From Clostridia bacterium (GTDB lineage Bacteria > Bacillota > Clostridia > Christensenellales > CAG-1252): a stretch of DNA of 64,000 nucleotides. The DNA is taken from contig JAFPXC010000007.1 of NCBI GenBank assembly GCA_017394805.1, positions 1,093 through 65,092 of the forward strand. The letters are read 5' to 3'. Positions within the stretch are counted from its first letter, which is position 1. The number at the start of each line of letters is the position of its first letter. Below, piece after piece: positions 53,378 to 63,115 of the stretch. Under the pieces are notes generated by a model. It was not told the DNA's origin and did no database searches. It was given only the letters and a program-made list of their open reading frames with translations. The translations under genes were made by a program, and so were the position numbers.

Positions 53378-54357
53378 AACCCATCACCGGACAATCCTTC
53401 CGTCCCGTTACGGCGGGCATTGTCTTTTGCGTGGTGGTGGGCGCGGTTTTATTGCTATCCGTCGTATTCAGCGCGGCTTTACCTAAGGACGTTATGCAAT
53501 GGTGTTATGCCTTCGTGGCGCCCTTTTTGTATATCGTGGCCGTGTTCGTGGGCGGTCGTGCGGACGGCACGGACGTGCCCGCGGCCATGGGACTCAAGCG
53601 TGCGCCCAAGCCGTGGCAGGCCTTGCTGACGGTGGCGTTGGCCTTCGTCTGCGTCCTGGCGTTTTTGCCCTTGGCCGAGGGGGTGCAATGGGTGTTTGCC
53701 CGTATGGGCTACCACGCCACGCCCGACTACGCCGACTATTCTTCCTCGTGGGATCGCATGGTCTTGGGGTTGTTCGGCTTGGCGCTACTGCCTGCCTTGG
53801 GAGAGGAAATGCTGTGTCGCGGTATGATGTTCGGCGCCATGAAAGAGAAGGGCACTTTCTACGCCGTGTTCATGTCCGCCTTGCTGTTCGCCTTGTGGCA
53901 CGGTAGCCCCATTCAGTTGGTGCACCAGTTTTTGATAGGCGTGGTGATGGCCGTTCTCGTGCATTTTACGCGCACGGTCTGGACCTCGGTCATTTTCCAT
54001 TTTTGCAACAACGCCATCGTCATTTTGCACGAATTTGCGTATATTCAAGGGGGTTGGACGTATACGATACCTTGGTGGGTCTATCTTATCATGGCCGCGG
54101 TGGGCATTCCCGCCGTGTGCCTATTGCTGTGGCTCTTCGTCCGTCGGACGGTCAAGAGTGTCGAGCGAGAGAGAGGCGCGTTGTCTTTCTCGGACGAGCA
54201 CCCCACCGCGAGCGAGCGCGTTCGTCGCGCGTTCGACGTATACGGGGAATATACGACCTATGTCAAAGGGCAGAATATGATAGCCGTCTACGCCGCGTTC
54301 GGCGTGGTGGCGATCTTGTGGATTATCGGTACGGTATCGGGGTGGATTGCGTCATGA
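53374..54357 (+). CDS. CPBP (CAAX/Abi) intramembrane glutamic protease
   Basis: EEMLCRG, FALWH, IFHFCNN motifs, multiple TMs; ATG53374. Confidence 0.85.
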   Translation: MKPITGQSFRPVTAGIVFCVVVGAVLLLSVVFSAALPKDVMQWCYAFVAPFLYIVAVFVGGRADGTDVPAAMGLKRAPKPWQALLTVALAFVCVLAFLPLAEGVQWVFARMGYHATPDYADYSSSWDRMVLGLFGLALLPALGEEMLCRGMMFGAMKEKGTFYAVFMSALLFALWHGSPIQLVHQFLIGVVMAVLVHFTRTVWTSVIFHFCNNAIVILHEFAYIQGGWTYTIPWWVYLIMAAVGIPAVCLLLWLFVRRTVKSVERERGALSFSDEHPTASERVRRAFDVYGEYTTYVKGQNMIAVYAAFGVVAILWIIGTVSGWIAS

Positions 54358-55391
54358 CAAGCGTCAGAGGAAAATTGCTCATCGTCTATTTTTGCAGTAT
54401 GCTGGCTTTGTCCATACTGAATATTTGCGTGTCCGCCATTCCGTTGCGCCTTTCGGACAACGATACCGAGTTGCTGTTCACGCTCGTCAGCCAAATGGTC
54501 TGTATGGGCGTCATTCCCGTGGCGGGCACGTTGCTGGTCAAGCGCCGCAACGAGGGCGAGACCGCGTTCGCCTACGGCGAGCGCCTTTTGCGTAATTGGC
54601 GCTATCACTTGCCCACTTCGCCCAAGGCGTGGCTGGTCGTGTTGCCTTTGGCGCTGTCGTTCTACTTCACCACCCAACTGTTGGCGCGGTTCAACGCCTT
54701 GGCGTTGACCTTGGCGCAGTACACCTTCCCCGTGGGCGGCGTCACCGTCTACGGCGGCATGGGCGATCTGGTCAAGTGGATCGCGTTGGGCGCATTGTTA
54801 CCCGCCGTATTCGAGGAATTGACGCACAGAGGGTTGCTCATCGACGCGTTCCAAGACAGGGGCAACGAGATAGAAACGGTCGTGCTGTCGGGGCTGTTGT
54901 TCGGCGCCATGCACACCAATATCCTGCAATTTTTCTACGCGTTCGTGGGCGGTATGGTATTCGCATTCCTCGCTATCAAGACCAACAGTATCTATCCCGC
55001 CATGCTCTTGCATTTCTGCAACAACGCCTTTTCGCATATAGAGGCCTACGCCGACCAGCACCCCACGGGCGCGTTTCGTTGGATAGCCGTCGTCAACGAT
55101 TTCTTCACGAGCAATACCTACGCCATACTGTTGGCCGCTTTGTTGTTGGTGGCCAATCTCGTGCTGTCGATATGGCTGTTGTCCGCCTTGCAAAAGGTGG
55201 CGGGCAAGCCCGAGGGCTTGCGCGAAAAGTGGTTGTTCCGCACCAAAAAGAGCACGCAGTTCGCCCTTAGTCTGGACGCCTACCGCCCCTACGGCAAGGC
55301 GACCTTGGCCGACAACCTGTTTTTGGTGGTCACCTTGGTCATGACCTTGTCCATGACCGCGTTCACCTACGTGTGGGGGGTGCTCAGATGA
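54354..55391 (+). CDS. second CPBP intramembrane glutamic protease
   Basis: EELTHRG, FGAMH, LLHFCNN; ATG54354. Confidence 0.85.
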   Translation: MTSVRGKLLIVYFCSMLALSILNICVSAIPLRLSDNDTELLFTLVSQMVCMGVIPVAGTLLVKRRNEGETAFAYGERLLRNWRYHLPTSPKAWLVVLPLALSFYFTTQLLARFNALALTLAQYTFPVGGVTVYGGMGDLVKWIALGALLPAVFEELTHRGLLIDAFQDRGNEIETVVLSGLLFGAMHTNILQFFYAFVGGMVFAFLAIKTNSIYPAMLLHFCNNAFSHIEAYADQHPTGAFRWIAVVNDFFTSNTYAILLAALLLVANLVLSIWLLSALQKVAGKPEGLREKWLFRTKKSTQFALSLDAYRPYGKATLADNLFLVVTLVMTLSMTAFTYVWGVLR

Positions 55392-55855
55392 ACGTCTACG
55401 TCGTTTGCGTGGGCAAACTCAAAGAGCCATACCTGCGGGACGCCGTCGCCGAGTACGCCAAGCGCCTCGGCCGCTTCTGCCGATTGGAAGTGGTGGAGTT
55501 GGCCGAAAGCAAGAATACGTCTACGGCCCCCAAAGACGTAGAACGCGCCGTAGAGGAGGAGGGCGAGCGCATTTTGGCCGCGCTCAAAGGCACCGTGATC
55601 GCGTTGGACTTGGAGGGCAAAGAAGTGACCAGCGAGGAGTTGGCCCGCATCGTCAAAACGTCCGTGGACAAAGGGGAGTCGCTCACCTTCGTCATAGGCG
55701 GTTCGGACGGCTTGTCCGAGGCTGTCAAACGGCGCGCCGACTGCGCCGTGCGGTTCGGGCGCATCACCTTGCCGCACCGACTGTGCCGCGTGGTGCTGGT
55801 CGAGCAGATATACCGCGCGTTTTGCATCAATGCGGGCGTGCGCTATCACAAATAG
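55388..55855 (+). CDS. rlmH: 23S rRNA (pseudouridine1915-N3)-methyltransferase
   Basis: VGKLKE, FVIGGSDGL, LVEQIYRA, YHK end. Confidence 0.95.
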   Translation: MNVYVVCVGKLKEPYLRDAVAEYAKRLGRFCRLEVVELAESKNTSTAPKDVERAVEEEGERILAALKGTVIALDLEGKEVTSEELARIVKTSVDKGESLTFVIGGSDGLSEAVKRRADCAVRFGRITLPHRLCRVVLVEQIYRAFCINAGVRYHK

Positions 55856-56544
55856 CCCAAGAGCCTGCGCATACTCGCCCACGCCGCTCCTTCTTCGGGA
55901 GCAAGGCGCACGCCGTCTGCAAAGAACACCTCTTCCGCTTGCAATATCGTTCGGATATATTGCGCCAATTCCGCCTTCAGGCGGATTTTTTGTTGGGGCG
56001 TACCCACCTTGAACGCCTCGCGGTAATCGAGCCGCTTGCGCCCCAATAGGGGAGATGGCAGATCCCCCAACGCCAAGGCCGCCCCCGCAGGCGTGTACAA
56101 GCGCAGTTCCTCGTCCACGTATACCCCTTGACGGTGCACGGCCAGATAGGCCGCCACGCCCGCCGCCTCGGTCGTGACGTGCGCCGTGAGCGGCAACGCC
56201 TTTTCGTCCGTCGCCGCCACGACGGACAGGGGGTAGACGTCGGGCAATTCCGCCGCATACACGATTTCGGTTTCGCCCGTCAGGTACAGCGCGCACACCG
56301 CCCATTCGTCGCCCGTTCTTGCCGCGCCGTACACGGGGCGACGGGTGGGACGTATAGCGGCATGCGGCTTGCCGCCTTGGGGCACGACGCGCTCGTCCAC
56401 CGTTAGCCAGCCCTCTCGCGCCAGGTCTTTGACGGCACGCAGGACGGTGCTCATACTGAGACCGCTGTGTTGCTTGATACACAGCTTGGTGCAGGGGTAG
56501 TGGCGCAGTACGGTGCGCAATACGCAGGCGGTATTTTCGTCCAT
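55846..56544 (-). CDS. winged-HTH protein resembling a degenerate ROK-family regulator
   Basis: N-terminal wHTH (SGLSMSTVLRAVKDL..GW...GGKP); eroded C-terminal ROK-like domain. Confidence 0.55.
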   Translation of the reverse strand: MDENTACVLRTVLRHYPCTKLCIKQHSGLSMSTVLRAVKDLAREGWLTVDERVVPQGGKPHAAIRPTRRPVYGAARTGDEWAVCALYLTGETEIVYAAELPDVYPLSVVAATDEKALPLTAHVTTEAAGVAAYLAVHRQGVYVDEELRLYTPAGAALALGDLPSPLLGRKRLDYREAFKVGTPQQKIRLKAELAQYIRTILQAEEVFFADGVRLAPEEGAAWASMRRLLGYL

Positions 56545-56669
56545 ATCCCCATTCTACCCCCGCCGCTCGGGCAAAAAAGCGCCGCGATGGGCGAAAGCCC
56601 GAGAAATATGCCGAAATGATGGGGTATAAATGATGGTCTGCAACTAAAAATATATGATATAATACGGCT

Positions 56670-58202
56670 ATGGAAACGGTTACGAATCTCACGCTCGATT
56701 TAGAGGTCACCTCTGCCGACGTATTGGCCGCCGCTTGCCGCCGCCTCGGCTGGCGGACAAACGTCGTGCGCACCTTCGTGGTGCTGCGGCGTAGTTTGGA
56801 CGCCCGCCGCAAACCCGCGAAATGGGTGTATTCGGTCGGTTTGTCGCGGTCGGTGGAGCAAGTGCCCCGTTACGTTCCGCCCAAGGCATCGCCTTTGCCC
56901 CTTCCGCCCGTCGTGGTGGGGTTCGGCCCTGCGGGTATGCTGTGCGCGTTGTCTTTGGCCGAGTCGGGGCTTCGTCCCATCGTGCTGGAGCGCGGTCTAT
57001 CGGTGGACGAACGCACCCGCAAGGTGCGTGATTTTTGGGAGAACGGCCGCTTGGACGCGTCGTGCAACGTGCAGTTCGGCGAGGGCGGCGCGGGCGCTTT
57101 TTCGGACGGAAAACTCAATACGGGTACGGGCAATCGCGAGATGCAGCGCTACGTGCTCGAGACCTTCGTGCGCTTCGGTGCGCCCGAGGATATCCTCGTG
57201 GACGCCAAACCCCACGTGGGCACGGACAAGTTGGCGTTGGTGGTCAAGGGCATACGCGAACGCATCGTCGCCTTGGGCGGCGAGGTGCGTTTCGGCGAAC
57301 GCGTGACCGACGTTCTGCCCGTAGCGGGCGGGGTGCGGCTGGTCACCGACAAGGGCGCGTACGATACCGCGCACGCCGTATTGGCCATCGGTCACAGCGC
57401 CCGCGATACCTACCGTATGATGGAGGCAAGGGGCTACCGTATGGAGAGCAAGGCCTTTGCGGTGGGCGTGCGCGTGGAGCATTTGCAGGCGGATATTTCG
57501 CGGGCATTGTACGGCGCGGATTATCGCAATCCGCTGTTGCCACCCGCCGATTACAAGTTGGTGGCGCACACCGCAATGGGCGGCGTGTACACCTTTTGTA
57601 TGTGCCCCGGCGGCTACGTCGTGGCGTCCTCGTCCGAGGAGGGCACCGTAGTCACCAACGGTATGAGTTACGCGGCGCGGGACGGCGTCAACGCCAACGC
57701 CGCCGTGTTGGTGGGCGTCACGCCCGCCATGCTCGGCGAGGATTTGTGGGCGGGCACGCGCCTGCAGGAAGAGATGGAACGCACCGCCTATCGCTTGGGC
57801 GGCGGCGGATACAAAGCCCCAGTGCAGTTGTGGGGCGATTTTGCAAAAGGCCGTGCGTCGCACGCCTTCGGCAGGGTGCAACCCACCTATCGTCCGGGCG
57901 TCGAATTTGCCCGATTGGACGAGACCCTGCCCTTCGACTTTGCGCCCGCCATGCGCCTTGCGTTCGAGTCGTTCGGGCACAAGATCAAGGGGTACGACGC
58001 CGAGGACGCCCTGCTTACGGGCTTCGAGACCCGTTCGTCCGCGCCCGTGCGCATTTTGCGCGAGGACGCCTTCACCGCCGTCGGCAATCCCTGCGTGTAT
58101 CCCTGCGGCGAGGGGTGCGGCTATGCGGGCGGCATTATGTCCGCGGCGACGGATGGGCTCAAAGTGGCCGAGCGTATCGCTTTGGCCGCGAATGGTCGAT
58201 AA
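56670..58202 (+). CDS. NAD(P)/FAD-dependent oxidoreductase of unknown substrate
   Basis: VGFGPAG, FGEGGAGAFSDGKL, FCMCPGG, GEGCGYAGGIMSAATDG. Confidence 0.88.
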   Translation: METVTNLTLDLEVTSADVLAAACRRLGWRTNVVRTFVVLRRSLDARRKPAKWVYSVGLSRSVEQVPRYVPPKASPLPLPPVVVGFGPAGMLCALSLAESGLRPIVLERGLSVDERTRKVRDFWENGRLDASCNVQFGEGGAGAFSDGKLNTGTGNREMQRYVLETFVRFGAPEDILVDAKPHVGTDKLALVVKGIRERIVALGGEVRFGERVTDVLPVAGGVRLVTDKGAYDTAHAVLAIGHSARDTYRMMEARGYRMESKAFAVGVRVEHLQADISRALYGADYRNPLLPPADYKLVAHTAMGGVYTFCMCPGGYVVASSSEEGTVVTNGMSYAARDGVNANAAVLVGVTPAMLGEDLWAGTRLQEEMERTAYRLGGGGYKAPVQLWGDFAKGRASHAFGRVQPTYRPGVEFARLDETLPFDFAPAMRLAFESFGHKIKGYDAEDALLTGFETRSSAPVRILREDAFTAVGNPCVYPCGEGCGYAGGIMSAATDGLKVAERIALAANGR

Positions 58203-58244
58203 ATTCGCGCGTTTGTTCGCGGTTTCGGCCGCGACGGATACGGC

Positions 58245-58273
58245 TTGACAAAGCCCCGAGGGGCGTATATAAT
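58245..58273 (+). promoter_or_regulatory. consensus sigmaA promoter
   Basis: TTGACA-N17-TATAAT. Confidence 0.8.
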
Positions 58274-58310
58274 AAACGGGTTCCCGAAGGGAACGAAAAG
58301 GGGGAATCGT

Positions 58311-58574
58311 ATGAAATTGTGGGCCAAAATCATCAAGGGAGACAAATTGCTTGCCAACCTCGTCGTGCGCAATCGCGCGCCGCTCGAACAAGAGGCGTAC
58401 GAGTCGTTTTTGAGCGAGATTTGCACCCAGCTGGACCTCTCCACGCCCGTCACGTTGACCACGCACTTCAATCACCTCAAACGGTTCAATATCGTGGAAT
58501 ACAAGCCGCGCGATTTCATCGAGCCGGTTTCTTTCACCAAATTCACCTTGGAAAACGTGGATTACGAGGATTAA
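58311..58574 (+). CDS. small hypothetical protein (87 aa)
   Basis: MKLWAKIIKGDKL..ICTQLDLSTP; own promoter and RBS. Confidence 0.75.
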   Translation: MKLWAKIIKGDKLLANLVVRNRAPLEQEAYESFLSEICTQLDLSTPVTLTTHFNHLKRFNIVEYKPRDFIEPVSFTKFTLENVDYED

Positions 58575-58651
58575 CGGCGCCGCCGAGCGAAAATATTGAA
58601 AATAGGCATTGCACAACGCATAGTATTATGGTAAAATAGTAAAGAGGCTTC

Positions 58652-59263
58652 ATGGAAAAAGGCAAATTGATCGTTTTGGAAGGAATAGACGGCAGCGGCA
58701 AGTCCAGCCACGTGGCGTTGCTCGCCGAACGGCTCGACAAAGAGGGCTACAAGGCGGCGCGCACGGCGGAGCCTACGGACGGCGCCATCGGCACGTTGCT
58801 TCGGCGCTACCTCAAAGGGGAGCTTGCGGCGTCCGAGCGCACCATCGCCGCGCTGTTTTTGGCGGATAGGCTGGACCATATCCAAAAGGCGGGCGGCCTA
58901 TTGGATATGGTCCGCGAGGGCTACGTCGTGGTGTGCGATCGCTATCTCTACAGTTCCATCGCCTACAACTGCGCCTCCGAAGGCGTGGACTGGGTGTCCG
59001 ACGTCAACCGAGCGGCGCACGATTTGCTCAAGCCCGACCTGGTGGTCTATCTCAACCTGCCCCTCGCCGTGATGGAGCAACGGCTTCAACACCGCAATTT
59101 CAAGGAAATCTACGAGACCGTCGCCTACCAGCGCAAGGTGCTCGAACGCTACGAGGAAGCCTTCTCGGTGTGGGCGGACGACGTCGTGGTCAAAGTGGAC
59201 TGCAATCGCCCCAAGGCCGACGTGGCCGAGGACGTATGGCGGGCGGTTCGCTCGATATTGTAA
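58652..59263 (+). CDS. tmk: thymidylate kinase
   Basis: LEGIDGSGKS, EPT, LFLADR, CDRYLYSSIAY; promoter TTGCAC-N17-TAAAAT at 58609-58637. Confidence 0.93.
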   Translation: MEKGKLIVLEGIDGSGKSSHVALLAERLDKEGYKAARTAEPTDGAIGTLLRRYLKGELAASERTIAALFLADRLDHIQKAGGLLDMVREGYVVVCDRYLYSSIAYNCASEGVDWVSDVNRAAHDLLKPDLVVYLNLPLAVMEQRLQHRNFKEIYETVAYQRKVLERYEEAFSVWADDVVVKVDCNRPKADVAEDVWRAVRSIL

Positions 59264-59300
59264 CAAACCGTTCAAACGGTAAAATATAGGAGGAAATATA

Positions 59301-60527
59301 ATGGCGAAGAAGAAAAAAGCCCTTGTCGATTTGTCCGGCGAAATGGACGAGTTGAACACGTTCCTTTCTTCAAATGCTTTCGAAAACGAGGCGTGTAAAG
59401 CGGCTGCCGCAGACGTGTCGGCTTCCGTGCCCACCTATGACGGTCCCGATGCCGCCGACGAAGCATCGGCGGTTGTCGACGCGGACGTGCCCGATTTGGA
59501 TATCCCCGTAGAGGAGACGCCGCAAGACGTGCCCGAAGCGGTCGAGGAAACGCCCGTACCAGAAGCGGTCGAGGAAGCGGTGGAAGAAGCATACGGAGAG
59601 GAAGCGTACGACCCCGATTCGGCGGTAGAGGAACTTCCGTTGGAAGACGTCGTGGCGGAGCCCGAGGCGGAGACGTCCTCGGAGGAAGCCCCCGTGGAAG
59701 ACGTGCCTGCGGTAGAGGAAGTCGCGTACGAAGTCCCCGCGGCAGAGGAAGTCGAGGTGGACTCGGCAGAAGAGGCCGTCGAAACGGCGGCGGAAGCGGT
59801 CGGCGTAACGACCGAAGAAAGCGTTGAGGTAAAAACCATGAAAGAAACAGCAAGCGCCGTTGCCGAAGCGCCCGCCCCCACCGTAGCGGTGGCTGCGGCC
59901 GCACCCATCGTGCAACCCGATTATAACACGCGTTTGATGCGCAAGGAAAAAGACGGCTATGCCGGCACCTTCCGCTTGGCGGACGGGGAGCAGGTGGTGT
60001 CTATGTACCGCGCGCTCCAAGGCAAAGGCCTTGGCGGCAGGGTGTATCTCACCAATCGCCGATTCTTGGTGGAGGCGTCCCTCCACACCGAGTTGCCCAT
60101 CACCAAAGTAGCGGGCATCTCCACCGGCAAGTTCTCGCACGTGCGCGTAATCAAATTGATTTTGAGCATTTTGTTTATGGCCGTTTGCGCGGGCGTGTTC
60201 GTGGCCTTTATGCTGCCGCAATTCTTGGCCGACTGGTCCGTCTTCGAGGATATGGCTTGGCTCAAATACGTCTTCTTCGGCTTGGGCGGCGTGCTGGGCT
60301 TCGCGGGATTTTTGATGTTCTGCACCAGCTTCTCCCGTCGTTTCGTGCTGTCCATCTTCACCGAGGGCGTGGAGCAAGGCTTCTCCATTCGCTCGGGCGT
60401 GGCCAAGGACGACGTGAGCGTCTATCAACCCATTGCCTTCGGCAATCCCGGCAAGGACTATCGCCGTTTCCGCTCGGAAGTGGGTGCGAGATTGGCCGAA
60501 ATCCGCGCTTCGTTGGGTTTGAAATAG
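59301..60527 (+). CDS. membrane protein with a long acidic disordered N-terminus and a bacterial PH-like domain
   Basis: E/D/A/V/P-rich residues about 30-200; LADGEQV..GRVYLTNRRF; two TM helices. Confidence 0.7.
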   Translation: MAKKKKALVDLSGEMDELNTFLSSNAFENEACKAAAADVSASVPTYDGPDAADEASAVVDADVPDLDIPVEETPQDVPEAVEETPVPEAVEEAVEEAYGEEAYDPDSAVEELPLEDVVAEPEAETSSEEAPVEDVPAVEEVAYEVPAAEEVEVDSAEEAVETAAEAVGVTTEESVEVKTMKETASAVAEAPAPTVAVAAAAPIVQPDYNTRLMRKEKDGYAGTFRLADGEQVVSMYRALQGKGLGGRVYLTNRRFLVEASLHTELPITKVAGISTGKFSHVRVIKLILSILFMAVCAGVFVAFMLPQFLADWSVFEDMAWLKYVFFGLGGVLGFAGFLMFCTSFSRRFVLSIFTEGVEQGFSIRSGVAKDDVSVYQPIAFGNPGKDYRRFRSEVGARLAEIRASLGLK

Positions 60528-60631
60528 GATTTTTACCACAAGATATTGACGGCGCACGGTCGTCAAGTGGGGCAAAAACCCATATAAACGGGTAAAAAAG
60601 TAAAAAATTACAACAAAATAGCGCAAAATCG

Positions 60632-60660
60632 TTGACACCTCTCTGCAAGAATGCTATAGT
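60632..60660 (+). promoter_or_regulatory. sigmaA promoter of rpmG-secE-nusG
   Basis: TTGACA-N17-TATAGT with extended TG. Confidence 0.78.
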
Positions 60661-60707
60661 AGATTAGCACCTCGCAAAGGGGTGTAATTTTTTCAAGGAG
60701 TTTGATT

Positions 60708-60872
60708 ATGGCAGCGAAAGAGGCTCGTACTCGTATTACGTTGGCTTGCAGCGAGTGCAAACAACGCAATTACAATACCAAAAAGAACAAGAAGAATTCT
60801 CCCGATCGTTTGGAGTTCAACAAATATTGTCCTTTCTGCAGGAAGCACACCTTGCACAAAGAAGCAAAGTAA
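60708..60872 (+). CDS. rpmG: 50S ribosomal protein L33 (Zn type; not in ORF track)
   Basis: own translation: [54 protein letters not shown]. Confidence 0.96.
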   Translation: MAAKEARTRITLACSECKQRNYNTKKNKKNSPDRLEFNKYCPFCRKHTLHKEAK

Positions 60873-60884
60873 ACGGAGGAATCT

Positions 60885-61145
60885 ATGGCAAAGAACACCA
60901 ATGCCAAATCGGACAAGAACGCCAAGAAAGACAACAAGTTCGTGGCTTTCTTCAAGCGCATCGGCTCCGGTTGCAAGGGCATCATTTCCGAATTGAAAAA
61001 GGTTTCCTGGCCCACTTTCGGCAAGGTAATGGCGCAGACCGGCGTCGTGTTGGTCGTCGTGCTGTTTTTCTTGGTGGTCATCGGTGCATTCGATGCGGGG
61101 CTTACCGCTTTGTTCAAATTGTTGACGGGCGGTCAAAGCGCCTAA
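60885..61145 (+). CDS. secE: preprotein translocase subunit SecE
   Basis: ELKKVSWPT + TM helix; rpmG-secE-nusG synteny. Confidence 0.93.
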   Translation: MAKNTNAKSDKNAKKDNKFVAFFKRIGSGCKGIISELKKVSWPTFGKVMAQTGVVLVVVLFFLVVIGAFDAGLTALFKLLTGGQSA

Positions 61146-61154
61146 GGAGCGTGT

Positions 61155-61691
61155 ATGGACCCTACTAAAGTCGATGACAAAGTGTGTTGGTACATCATCC
61201 ACACCAGCGCTTCGAGTGAGTTGAGCGTGCGCGACAACATCCTCAAGATGGTCGAGAACAACGGTTTGCAAGACCAGATTTTCGACGTCAAAGTGCTTGA
61301 GGAAGAGGAAGTCGTGGAGACCAACGGCAAGCGCAAAGTGGTGATGAAGAAGCGGTTCCCCACCTATGCCTTCATCAAGATGATTTACTCCCCCCACGTG
61401 TATTACAAGGTCACCAAGATCCGCGGCGTCACGGGTTTCGTGGGCGCGGGCGGTTATCCCGAGGCCTTGACGGACGCCGAAGTGCGCCGCATGGGCTTGG
61501 AGAAGGTCAAAGCGGAAGACTTGGGCATCAACGTCGGGGATCAAATCAAGATCATCAACGGTGCGTTCGAGGGCTACCATGGCGAAGTGAGCAAGATCGA
61601 CGCCGAAGCGGGCGTCGTCGAGGTCGTTTTGCCTCTGTTCGGCAAGCCCACGCCCATCAAGCTGGAGTTCAACCAGGTAGAGCGCGCCTAA
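61155..61691 (+). CDS. nusG: transcription termination/antitermination factor NusG
   Basis: WYIIHT, FPTY, TGFVG, KOW motif, LFGKPTPIKLEF. Confidence 0.93.
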   Translation: MDPTKVDDKVCWYIIHTSASSELSVRDNILKMVENNGLQDQIFDVKVLEEEEVVETNGKRKVVMKKRFPTYAFIKMIYSPHVYYKVTKIRGVTGFVGAGGYPEALTDAEVRRMGLEKVKAEDLGINVGDQIKIINGAFEGYHGEVSKIDAEAGVVEVVLPLFGKPTPIKLEFNQVERA

Positions 61692-61785
61692 TATCGTTAT
61701 ATACGGCGGATTCCGCCGTTTGGGAGAAAAGTAAATCTTTCTATGCTTTTCGTTCGTACCATTATTTGCAAATAGGAGGTAGACT

Positions 61786-62211
61786 ATGGCAAAGAAAATC
61801 AGTGCAATCGTCAAATTACAACTGCCGGCCGGCAAAGCAACCCCGGGTCCCCCCGTCGGTAGCACCCTTGGCCCCCACGGCATCAACATTCCCGGCTTCG
61901 TCAAAGAGTTCAACGAGAAGACCGCGAAGAACGTGGGTTTGGTGATCCCCGTCGTGATGACCATCTACGCCGACCGTAGCTTCAGCTTCGTCTTGAAGAC
62001 GCCCCCCGCCCCCGTGCTCATCCTCAAAGCGTGCGGCATCGAGAAGGGTAGTGCGGTGCCCAACAAGACCAAGGTGGCCAATATCACCAAAGCGCAAGTG
62101 GAAGAAATCGCCAAAATGAAAATGCCCGATCTCAACGCAGGTAGCTTGGAAGCCGCGTGCAGCATGATCGCAGGTACCGCCCGTTCGATGGGCATCGTCG
62201 TCGTAGACTAA
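61786..62211 (+). CDS. rplK: 50S ribosomal protein L11
   Basis: [18 protein letters not shown]. Confidence 0.97.
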   Translation: MAKKISAIVKLQLPAGKATPGPPVGSTLGPHGINIPGFVKEFNEKTAKNVGLVIPVVMTIYADRSFSFVLKTPPAPVLILKACGIEKGSAVPNKTKVANITKAQVEEIAKMKMPDLNAGSLEAACSMIAGTARSMGIVVVD

Positions 62212-62222
62212 GGAGGAGCCGT

Positions 62223-62909
62223 ATGAAAGTTAGCAAGAGATTTAAGGAAGCTTCCGCCAAAGTAGAAAACGGCAAAGTGTACGACTACGCCGAGGCCATT
62301 CGTTTGGCCGTCGAGGCCGCCAGCGCCAAGTTCGACGAGTCCTTGGAGTTGCACGTTCGTTTGGGCGTCGACCCCCGTCACGCCGACCAACAAGTCCGTG
62401 GCGTGTGCGTGTTGCCCAACGGTACCGGTAAAAAGGTGCGCGTGTTGGTGTTCGCCAAAGGCGTCAAGGCCGACGAGGCCCAAGCCGCCGGTGCCGACTA
62501 CGTCGGTGCGGAAGAACTCATCACCAAGATCCAAAAAGAGAATTGGTTCGATTTCGACGCCTGTATCACCACGCCCGACATGATGGGTTTGGTCGGTCGT
62601 ATCGCTCGTTTGCTCGGCCCCAAAGGCTTGATGCCCAACCCCAAGAGCGGCACGGTCACCCAAGACGTCACCAAGGCTATCCACGATATCAAGGCCGGTA
62701 AAGTCGAGTATCGTTTGGACAAGGCCGCCATCATTCACGTGCCCTTCGGCAAAGTGAGTTTCGGCGCGGACAAACTCATCGAGAACTTCGAGACCATTAT
62801 GGACGCCATCGTCAAGGCGAAACCCGCAGCGGCCAAAGGTACCTACCTCAAGTCCATCGCGGTTGCCTCCACTATGGGCCCCGGCATCAAAGTTTCTTAC
62901 GCCAAGTAA
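62223..62909 (+). CDS. rplA: 50S ribosomal protein L1
   Basis: [26 protein letters not shown]; ATG62223. Confidence 0.97.
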   Translation: MKVSKRFKEASAKVENGKVYDYAEAIRLAVEAASAKFDESLELHVRLGVDPRHADQQVRGVCVLPNGTGKKVRVLVFAKGVKADEAQAAGADYVGAEELITKIQKENWFDFDACITTPDMMGLVGRIARLLGPKGLMPNPKSGTVTQDVTKAIHDIKAGKVEYRLDKAAIIHVPFGKVSFGADKLIENFETIMDAIVKAKPAAAKGTYLKSIAVASTMGPGIKVSYAK

Positions 62910-62919
62910 CAAAAAACAG

Positions 62920-62948
62920 TTGACACCCGAGGTGTTTGCTGTTACAAT
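62920..62948 (+). promoter_or_regulatory. sigmaA promoter of rplJL
   Basis: TTGACA-N17-TACAAT. Confidence 0.78.
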
Positions 62949-62960
62949 AGCATCGTTCAT

Positions 62961-63075
62961 ACAAAGACAGTAAGCGGCCCTTGGCCTCAAAATTCGCTTA
63001 CCGAGGTGAATGTTAATTCTATTACGTTCTTACTATCCTCTTGTCTTTGTGTGGGCAAGAGGATATTTATTATCA
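62961..63075 (+). ncRNA. L10 ribosomal protein leader
   Basis: AAGACAGTAAGCG...CGCTTACCGAGGT kink-turn-type core upstream of rplJ. Confidence 0.75.
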
Positions 63076-63115
63076 CCACGGCTTCGGCTCGTGGTATCAA
63101 AATAGGAGGTAAATC

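Noticed and set aside
50743-55391. RiPP/bacteriocin system made of the Cys-rich peptide plus the CPBP proteases
   Set aside because: They are on opposite strands and separated by glyQS and yycJ; there is no radical SAM, LanM, YcaO or peptide exporter, and no obvious leader cleavage motif.
55820-55870. rlmH (orfX) 3' end as an SCC-like cassette attachment site
   Set aside because: No recombinase or cargo follows; the next gene converges and overlaps the stop codon.
60664-60687. CIRCE-like TTAGCAC downstream of the rpmG promoter
   Set aside because: The right arm GAGTGCTAA is absent; the sequence is better explained as a 5' hairpin (TTAGCACCTC-GCAA-AGGGGTGTAA).
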